Source of the DNA: a virus
DNA: 64,000 nt
Strand: one strand, 5' to 3'
Virus record (IMG/VR): IMGVR_UViG_3300050016_000100
Span: 9,145-73,144 of that record
The notes under the pieces are model-generated. The model was given only the letters and a program-made list of their open reading frames with translations, was not told the origin of the DNA and searched no databases. The stretch's first letter is position 1; each line of letters begins with the position of its first letter. Below are positions 57,248-64,000 of this stretch, piece after piece. The position numbers and the translations under genes are program-made.

Positions 57248-58681
57248 ATGGGCACCACCAACGTTCCAGTCCCGAACTTCGGCCTCACCGGCTTCATTGC
57301 TCCGCTCGAGGAGGACGTCCTCAAGGGCGTCATCACCGATTATCAGACTGCGTTCAATGGCCGGCTGAACCTGGACATCAACATCACCTCGACACTGAGC
57401 ACGCCGCAGGGCCAGCTCGCGTCGAGCACCGCTGCGATCATCGGTAACGTCAACGACCTGTTCGTCTATTACACCAACCAGGTCGATCCGGCCTACGCCA
57501 AGGGCCGGATGCAAGATGCGATAGCTCGCATCTACTTCATCGAACGAAACCCGTCGCAACCTACCGTGATCCAGGTCGAGTGCGTCGGATTGACCGGGGT
57601 CGTGATTCCGGTTGGCTCGCTCGTCCAGGACACCGACGGAAACATCTATGCGTCCGGGACCGCCGGCACGATCCCGCTCGGCGGCATGGTGCTGATCGCG
57701 TTCGCCAACCTCGTCCCGGGTCCGACGGCAATCCCCGGCACCAACGAGATCGCGATCTATCAGGCGATCCCCGGCTGGGATACCGCCACGGTCGCCTCCG
57801 GGATCGTCGGCAACGACGTCGAGGGTCGAGACGCCTTCGAGGAACGACGCGCGCTCTCGACCGCGCAGAACTCTGCCGGATCGCTGCCGTCCGTGCTCGG
57901 TGCCGTGCTCAACGTCCCCGCCGTGCTCGACGCCTTCGTGACCGAGAACGCGACGGGCACCGCGGTCACCCTCGGCGGATTCACGATCGCGCCGCACTCG
58001 ATCTACGTCGCCGTCGTCGGCGGAGATCCGAACGCCGTCGCGAAGGCGATCTGGACACGCAAGGCGCCGGGGTGTTCCTACAACGGCAACACGTCGGTCA
58101 CGGTCTACGATGACAGCTCCGGCTACACGCCGCCGTTCCCGGCCTACACCGTGCTCTATGAAACGCCGAAGTCGCTGCCGATCCTGTTCAGCGTCAACAT
58201 CCTTGAGAACGCGCAGGTCCCGGCCGACATCGTCGACCAGATCAAGGCCGCGCTGATCGGCGCTTTCGCCGGTAGCGACGGAGGGGCGCGCGCGCGCATC
58301 GGGACGACGATCTATGCCAGCCGGTATTACCAGTCGCTGTTCTCGCTCGGCTCATGGATGAAGATCATCAACGTACAGGTCGGATCGAAAAACGACGCCG
58401 ACGTCGCGACCTTCACCGGCTCGATCGGTGGGACCGCGCTCGTCGTAAGCGGCGTGAGCGGAATCATCGCGATCGGGCAAGCCGTGTTCGATACCAGCGG
58501 AAACGTCCTCCCCGGCACCATGATCGTCGGCGGCGCCGGTACGCAATGGACGCTCAACTATTCGCAGAGCGTTGCAAGCGAGACGATGCAGGCCGCCAGC
58601 GCGAACGAGGTCGACACCCCCGTCAACATCGACCAGGTACCGACGCTGATCGCCGATAATATAACGGTGACCCTGACATGA
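57248..58681 (+). CDS. Baseplate J-like protein
   Basis: TPQGQLA, DP..A.GRMQD, G...E....FE.RR, HS.YV.V.GG. Confidence 0.85.
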   Translation: MGTTNVPVPNFGLTGFIAPLEEDVLKGVITDYQTAFNGRLNLDINITSTLSTPQGQLASSTAAIIGNVNDLFVYYTNQVDPAYAKGRMQDAIARIYFIERNPSQPTVIQVECVGLTGVVIPVGSLVQDTDGNIYASGTAGTIPLGGMVLIAFANLVPGPTAIPGTNEIAIYQAIPGWDTATVASGIVGNDVEGRDAFEERRALSTAQNSAGSLPSVLGAVLNVPAVLDAFVTENATGTAVTLGGFTIAPHSIYVAVVGGDPNAVAKAIWTRKAPGCSYNGNTSVTVYDDSSGYTPPFPAYTVLYETPKSLPILFSVNILENAQVPADIVDQIKAALIGAFAGSDGGARARIGTTIYASRYYQSLFSLGSWMKIINVQVGSKNDADVATFTGSIGGTALVVSGVSGIIAIGQAVFDTSGNVLPGTMIVGGAGTQWTLNYSQSVASETMQAASANEVDTPVNIDQVPTLIADNITVTLT

Positions 58682-59343
58682 CCGGCCCGCAATACCCGCG
58701 GCCGCGGCCTGCGGGATCGAACGCCATCGGGACCTTCGCGATCGGCATCAGCCCGATCGGCACGATGCCGCCGTTCGACTACTGGAAGACGATCATCAGC
58801 GAGTACGGCAACAGCGACCTGCTGACGACGCTGATCGGAAATATGTGGCAGTACCTCGACCAGACAAAAAACATGGACGACTTCTTCGACCTGATCTGGA
58901 ACGTCGACACCGCGCAGGGCTACGGCCTCGACGTCTGGGGCCGCATCGTTGGCGTGACCAGGACGCTGCATATCGTCGCCGGTAACTTCTTCGGCTTCGA
59001 ACAGGGGCCGTGGGACGACTTCGGCCCGTCCGGCGGCGAATCGCCGTTCTACAAGGGTGCCGCCTCGACGAGCAACTATCTGCTAACCGATCACGCCTAC
59101 CGCTTCCTGATCTTCGCCAAGGCGCTCGCCAACATCTCCAACGGCTCGATCCCGAGCATAAACCAGATTCTTCGGCTCCTGTTCCCTGGCCGCGGGAACG
59201 CCTATGCTACAGATGACGGCAACATGACGATGCGGTATAAGTTTGAGTTCGCGTTGGCACCGTTCGAACTCGCGATCGTCACGCAATCGAACGTCCTGCC
59301 GAAGTCGACGGGTGTGAGCTGCGCCGTCGACGCCCCGACCTGA
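58678..59343 (+). CDS. Baseplate protein (DUF2612-like)
   Basis: TA.GYGLD.WGRIVG, L.D..YR..I..KA..NI. Confidence 0.82.
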   Translation: MTGPQYPRPRPAGSNAIGTFAIGISPIGTMPPFDYWKTIISEYGNSDLLTTLIGNMWQYLDQTKNMDDFFDLIWNVDTAQGYGLDVWGRIVGVTRTLHIVAGNFFGFEQGPWDDFGPSGGESPFYKGAASTSNYLLTDHAYRFLIFAKALANISNGSIPSINQILRLLFPGRGNAYATDDGNMTMRYKFEFALAPFELAIVTQSNVLPKSTGVSCAVDAPT

Positions 59344-59357
59344 TCCGAGGATTCCCC

Positions 59358-60512
59358 ATGAAGGCCAACGCGATCCCCACCAAGTTCGTCGTCCCCTTCG
59401 GCTACAACGTCGGAGGCGGCGACATCCGCGCGATTCCGCTCGACACCTCGGATGCGAACGCGGCGTCGCTGCGGGGCGGTTTCCCGCCGTCTACGTTTAC
59501 CCCGGTCAACGCTGGCGGCGTGCCGCCGGACGGCCGCGACTTCAACGGACTGTTTAATCAGGATACCGCATGGGCGCGATGGTTCAGCGCCGGCGGTCCG
59601 GTCGAGTGGGACCCGACGTTCTCGACCGCGGTCGGGGGCTACCCGAAACACGCCATCGTCGCATCGGCGGTGACCGAGGGATATTTCTATTACTGTCTCG
59701 TCGACGACAATACGACCAACCCGGACACCGGCGGAGCGGGATGGTTGCTGTTCACGCTGCTCACGGTATTCCAGCAGGCCCTCGCCGGCGCTGCGATCAA
59801 CCTGCGCGGCACCGCGACGGGCGGGACCAAGCTGGCGTCATGGACCGCAGACGAGATGGTGGTCGAGACTGCGCTCGGCGGCATCGGCTACAAGTGCCCG
59901 AATATGGCCGTCGCGATCAATGCGGCCACGGTCGGCGCGAACGGCATGGACACGGGGTCGTCTCCGACGTCCGGCGACCTCAGCATTTATCTAATCTTTA
60001 ACCCGGTAACGAACACGTGGGCCACGCTCGGCACGATCACCGGGTATGGAGCAACATACTCAGGCACGCACATGCCGGCGGGGTACACCGCATCGGGACT
60101 GCTATGGCATGGCAAGACGGACGCCAGCGGAAACATCCTTCAGTTCGCGCAGGTCAACCGCAAAATATACATCACCGAACTCGGCGGCGGACCTCTCGGT
60201 AACGTCATCGTGTACACCGCCAACCTTCCTACGACGCCGACATCTGTGAGCTGCAGCACATACGTCCCGCCGGGAGCTGTGGAAGTGTTCGGCGGCGCGT
60301 CGTGCTCAGGCGCACCGCTCGGGTTCTTGTGGATCGCCGGCACCCCCGGCAACGGTATCTACGCAGGCGGGATGGCCGGCGTTTCGGTTGTCGGGTTCGG
60401 CGTTAACAGCATGTGGGGTCCGGTGCCGCTGGTCACGCCGCAGATGCTCTACTACTACTCGCTGCTCGCCGGGCAGTTGGGAGGCTTCTGGGTCAGCGGC
60501 TATTCGATCTGA
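59358..60512 (+). CDS. Tail fibre protein
   Basis: GFPP....GGVPP.G.DFNG, GGYP.HA, N...PD..GW. Confidence 0.8.
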   Translation: MKANAIPTKFVVPFGYNVGGGDIRAIPLDTSDANAASLRGGFPPSTFTPVNAGGVPPDGRDFNGLFNQDTAWARWFSAGGPVEWDPTFSTAVGGYPKHAIVASAVTEGYFYYCLVDDNTTNPDTGGAGWLLFTLLTVFQQALAGAAINLRGTATGGTKLASWTADEMVVETALGGIGYKCPNMAVAINAATVGANGMDTGSSPTSGDLSIYLIFNPVTNTWATLGTITGYGATYSGTHMPAGYTASGLLWHGKTDASGNILQFAQVNRKIYITELGGGPLGNVIVYTANLPTTPTSVSCSTYVPPGAVEVFGGASCSGAPLGFLWIAGTPGNGIYAGGMAGVSVVGFGVNSMWGPVPLVTPQMLYYYSLLAGQLGGFWVSGYSI

Positions 60513-60523
60513 GGGCAAGCAAG

Positions 60524-60973
60524 ATGCAGTACGTTCAAACAACTCCGGATAGAACTGCGATCGCGGTCTGGTATGCCGGTCCGCAGTCGATCACGACCGA
60601 CAAGCCGTTCTACGCCGTGATCGCGGACGACGATCCGCGGTATATCGCATGGCTGGCCGCGCAGCAGGTATCCAAGGAGTACACCATAGCGATCGGCGCG
60701 GGGGTCCAAATCGTCTCGACCGGAACGCCTGCGTTGAACGGCACCTATGCAATCGACACTCCAGCGCAGCAGAATCTCTCGGCGGTAGCGGCTGGCATCG
60801 CCTCGCGCAACCGCGTTCCCGGGGGTGGTACGACGTTCAACTATTACGACACCGCGGGAAACCCGCACGCCTTCAACGCCACCAACTTTTTGAACTTCGC
60901 GTCCGCCGTCGAGGACTACGTCTACGCGCTTGACGAGGGCCAGTTTCCCTCGCAGCCGGTCACGATCCCATGA
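60524..60973 (+). CDS. Tail fibre assembly chaperone-like protein
   Basis: DDPRY.AW; DUF4376-like C-terminus; follows the fibre gene. Confidence 0.55.
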   Translation: MQYVQTTPDRTAIAVWYAGPQSITTDKPFYAVIADDDPRYIAWLAAQQVSKEYTIAIGAGVQIVSTGTPALNGTYAIDTPAQQNLSAVAAGIASRNRVPGGGTTFNYYDTAGNPHAFNATNFLNFASAVEDYVYALDEGQFPSQPVTIP

Positions 60974-60987
60974 GAGGAACGACCAAC

Positions 60988-63483
60988 ATGACGATGAGGA
61001 AGTTCGCGGTCGCCGCGCTCGCGCTGGCGTTGCTGTGGCCTGCTGCGGCCGCGGCTCAGTCGACCCCGCAGCCCGCGCTCTATTACGGCTACGTCCCGAC
61101 CGCAGCGCAGTGGAACGGATACTTCGCGGCCAAGCAGGACGCCCTCGGTTATTCGCCGCTGAACAAGGCCGGCGATACGATGCTGGGCAAGCTGATCGCG
61201 GCCACGCCGTCGGCCAGTCTCGCCAGCCTCAATCTGCCGCACGGCACCGCGCCATCGGCCCCGACCAACGGCGATATGTGGACGACGACGGTCGGCCTTT
61301 ATGCCCGGATCAACGGCGCCACGGTCGGCCCGTTCTCTACCGCATCGGCCGCTACCTTCGCCGCCGGCGCCGGTCTCGGGGTCACCTTCCCGGCGAGCGT
61401 CGTCACCTACGCGATCAACTATGCCTCTGCCGGAACATGGACCGTTGCCCAAGCCATCAGCCTGAACGCCGCTGCGCTTCCCGCTGGTCTTACTGGCAGC
61501 GTTCTCCGACTCGGTCAGGTCGACGGCACTATCGCGCGGCTGGAGGTGGACAGCTTCGGGACCTCGGCTCCTGGTGTCCTGTCTATCGTCTATGGGCGCG
61601 GCACCGCTGCTGCCCCGACCGCCGTGCAGAGCGGCGATGAGCTCGGCAGTTTCAACTCCTGGGGCTACATCGGTGCCGGGACTCTTTCGAGCACGGCCGT
61701 CGCCGCGTTCCGCACCTACGCAGCAGAGACATTCTCGTCTGGACATCAGGGCAGCCAGGCCTGCATCTCGACGACCGCCATCGCGGCGGCCACTCTCACC
61801 AACGGTCTCTGCCAGAACAACGACTTCGGGGTGACCATCGCTTCGCCGACTGGCGGAAGCAAGGGCGCCGGCACCCTCAACGCCACCGGCCTCTACGTCA
61901 GCAATGTGAGCGTCCTGACCGCCAACCAGACGATCACGCTTACCGGCGTCGTAACCGGCTCCGGCACCACCTCCATCACCACCGCGTTCGCCAGCAACCC
62001 GGCACTGGGAGCTGCGACGGCAACGTCCGTCGCAATCGGCGGCTGCACCATCGGCAGCAACGTGCTCTGCGCCACCGGCACGACCAACCTGGCCGGTGCC
62101 ACCACCGTCACCGGCGCCAGCTTCGGCCTCAGCGGCAACATCTCGGCTGCGGCGTGGACCACCAGCGGCGTCCGGTACAAAAACGTCGCTGCGACTCTGA
62201 CCGACACCTCGTCGAGCGGAACCGTCGCCACCGCATACACCGATATATGGGGCGGCAACACCATCGCGGCGTCGAGCGCGGCGACGTTCACGAACTACTA
62301 TGGAAGTTACTTCAAGGTTCCTGCCGCCGGCACGAACGTCGTCATCACGAACCCGTATGCGATCGGTGCCGACAGCGCGAACTTCGCTACGCTCGCCGTC
62401 GGCGGCGTCGGCGTCACCCTCCCGATCAGCGTCGCGAACAGCGCCTCGGGCGTCGCCAACCTGGCGACGATGGCGGCCTACACGATCAAGGGCAACGCGA
62501 CGAGCAGCACCGCGGCACCGACCGACATCCTGCTTTCGGGCCTGACCAATAAGGCATCGCCGACGTCCTCGGATATTTTGCTGATCTCGGATGAGGCGGC
62601 GAGCCACGCGCTGAAGTATTCCACCATCGCCCAGCTCGTCGGTGCCGTGACCTCCGGCGTCTCGTCGGTAGGAAACGCCTCCTCGGACACGTCGCTGACC
62701 ATCACTGGCACTGGCTCGGGGCCGTGGACCGGCGCCGTAACGGTCAAGCTCAACCTCGCCGTCGCCCAGACCTGGACCGCTCTCCAGACCCACAACAACT
62801 CGATGATCGCGATGCTGGGATCGTCGACCGGCAAGACCACGCTTACCAGCGCCAATGCCGGGGCATCGAACTATACGGCGACCCTTCAGGCTGCGTCCGG
62901 CACCTTGGCCTACCTGGACCTCGCCGGTCAACTCATGGCTGGCGGCGCCAACGTCACGCCGTTCAGCATCGGCTCGGTGAGCAGCGGCACGACTACGATT
63001 GATTGCAGCAAGAACCCGCAGCAGTGGATGGTCAACACCGGGGCCTCCACCATCGCCGCGCCGACCAGCGACAGCTCCTGCACGATCACAGTCATCGACG
63101 GCGCCAGCGCCGGGCTCATCACGCCCTCCGGCTTCGTCAAGGTTGGTGGTGCCACGTTTGCACAGGCTGCCACGGCATCGGCGAGCTGCACGGCCACGAG
63201 CGCCAGCCCGGCCGTGTTCACCTATACGTCGAACGGGCTCATAAACAATCAGCCGGTCTATCTGTCCGGCACCACGGCGCCGACCGGCTTTGCGCTGGGC
63301 ACGGTCTACTACGTCAACGCGGTTGCCACGAACACCTTCCAGCTCGCAGCCACGCCGGGAGGAGCATCGATCAACTCCAGCAGCACCGGCACGTCGATCA
63401 CCTGCAACGTGCCGTCAGTCTACGCGCTGGTGATCGTGCGCACGAACGGCCTGTCCACCGCATCGTGGGTGCAGCAGCAATGA
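60988..63483 (+). CDS. Large A/T/S/G-rich fibre/adhesin-like protein with signal peptide
   Basis: GAGG RBS; MTMRKFAVAALALALLWPAAAAA-Q; beta-rich low-charge body. Confidence 0.7.
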   Translation: MTMRKFAVAALALALLWPAAAAAQSTPQPALYYGYVPTAAQWNGYFAAKQDALGYSPLNKAGDTMLGKLIAATPSASLASLNLPHGTAPSAPTNGDMWTTTVGLYARINGATVGPFSTASAATFAAGAGLGVTFPASVVTYAINYASAGTWTVAQAISLNAAALPAGLTGSVLRLGQVDGTIARLEVDSFGTSAPGVLSIVYGRGTAAAPTAVQSGDELGSFNSWGYIGAGTLSSTAVAAFRTYAAETFSSGHQGSQACISTTAIAAATLTNGLCQNNDFGVTIASPTGGSKGAGTLNATGLYVSNVSVLTANQTITLTGVVTGSGTTSITTAFASNPALGAATATSVAIGGCTIGSNVLCATGTTNLAGATTVTGASFGLSGNISAAAWTTSGVRYKNVAATLTDTSSSGTVATAYTDIWGGNTIAASSAATFTNYYGSYFKVPAAGTNVVITNPYAIGADSANFATLAVGGVGVTLPISVANSASGVANLATMAAYTIKGNATSSTAAPTDILLSGLTNKASPTSSDILLISDEAASHALKYSTIAQLVGAVTSGVSSVGNASSDTSLTITGTGSGPWTGAVTVKLNLAVAQTWTALQTHNNSMIAMLGSSTGKTTLTSANAGASNYTATLQAASGTLAYLDLAGQLMAGGANVTPFSIGSVSSGTTTIDCSKNPQQWMVNTGASTIAAPTSDSSCTITVIDGASAGLITPSGFVKVGGATFAQAATASASCTATSASPAVFTYTSNGLINNQPVYLSGTTAPTGFALGTVYYVNAVATNTFQLAATPGGASINSSSTGTSITCNVPSVYALVIVRTNGLSTASWVQQQ

Positions 63484-64000
63484 GATCGCGCCTACTACTT
63501 TGCTTCGCGGTTGCTCTAACCGTTCTCAGGGCGGCGTCGGCGCTCGCCCAGGCCGGCGCCGGGCCGCTTCCCGGCATGGCTCCGGGGTTGTTCCTCGCGC
63601 CATCGGTGCCCATCGGGACTCCGGTCTTCATCGGGGCAAACAACAACACCGGCGGAACGACCACGATCGCCAAGGCGACCACGGCAAGCGCTCCCGTCGG
63701 CAGCGTCGTCGTCGTCTCCATCGGATGGCTGCTGAACGGCAGTCTCCACGTCACCGGGGTCAGTGACGGGACGAACACCTACACTGCTGCGGTCAGCTCG
63801 ACGTCAGGCGGAGAGGTGTGGAAGTCTGGCATCCTGACGGGAACGCTCGCCTCCAACACGACCATCACCGTCACGTTCTCCGGAACACCGAACATCGCCG
63901 AGTACCTCTCGATTGCCTACGTCACTGGTCTGTCCAGCGCCGCCGCCGACAAGACGGCCAGCGCAGATGCTGGTACTGGGTCGAGCTACAGCGTGTCGAC
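63480..64000 (+). CDS. Secreted-type beta-rich protein, 3'-partial (not in the ORF track)
   Basis: ATGA overlap; MRSRLLLCFAVALTVLRAASALA-Q; open to the window end. Confidence 0.65.
   Translation, partial: MRSRLLLCFAVALTVLRAASALAQAGAGPLPGMAPGLFLAPSVPIGTPVFIGANNNTGGTTTIAKATTASAPVGSVVVVSIGWLLNGSLHVTGVSDGTNTYTAAVSSTSGGEVWKSGILTGTLASNTTITVTFSGTPNIAEYLSIAYVTGLSSAAADKTASADAGTGSSYSVS

Larger units (their letters stand above)
1..64000. mobile_element. Tailed phage/prophage genome, contractile-tail morphogenesis module, probable alphaproteobacterial host
   Basis: Lysis, recombination, replication, terminase, portal, capsid, sheath, tube, tape measure and baseplate genes in canonical order; no host housekeeping genes seen. 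Confidence 0.95.

Noticed and set aside
60922-62931. 669-aa minus-strand ORF
   Set aside because: Antisense shadow of the GC-rich 60988 gene

Overview
The whole window is a near-complete, GC-rich tailed phage or prophage genome with a contractile (myovirus-type) tail, probably infecting an alphaproteobacterium (Rhizobiales-like; the host is inferred). Gene order: end of a lysis module (1-1.4 kb); a long leftward array of tiny, partly duplicated and chimeric accessory genes (1.6-12.2 kb); recombination genes (YqaJ exonuclease, ERF, HIRAN); a divergent control region with a Cro-like gene but no visible CI or integrase; replication and DNA-methylase genes interrupted by nested IS1595 elements; a NusG-like antiterminator; then terminase, portal, head, neck, sheath, tube, tape measure, baseplate and fibre genes. 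The most striking features are: (1) a 7.5-kb NDP-sugar tailoring cluster (GT-like, TPP alpha/beta, ColD-like dehydratase, SDR, B12 radical SAM) spliced into the virion operon, with its GT gene entered through a prfB-like CTT-TGA-C site, and a Ser/Thr/Gly-rich domain shared by four virion proteins; (2) a transposase-less 1,284-bp IS1595 cassette carrying only a DNA methyltransferase, inserted into another IS1595 transposase; (3) a PD-(D/E)XK endonuclease that appears to have taken over the 5' end of an MT-A70 methylase gene; (4) an accessory array whose rearrangement breakpoints fall in shared RBS/start-codon motifs. All family assignments are from motif recognition by eye; no database searches were run.
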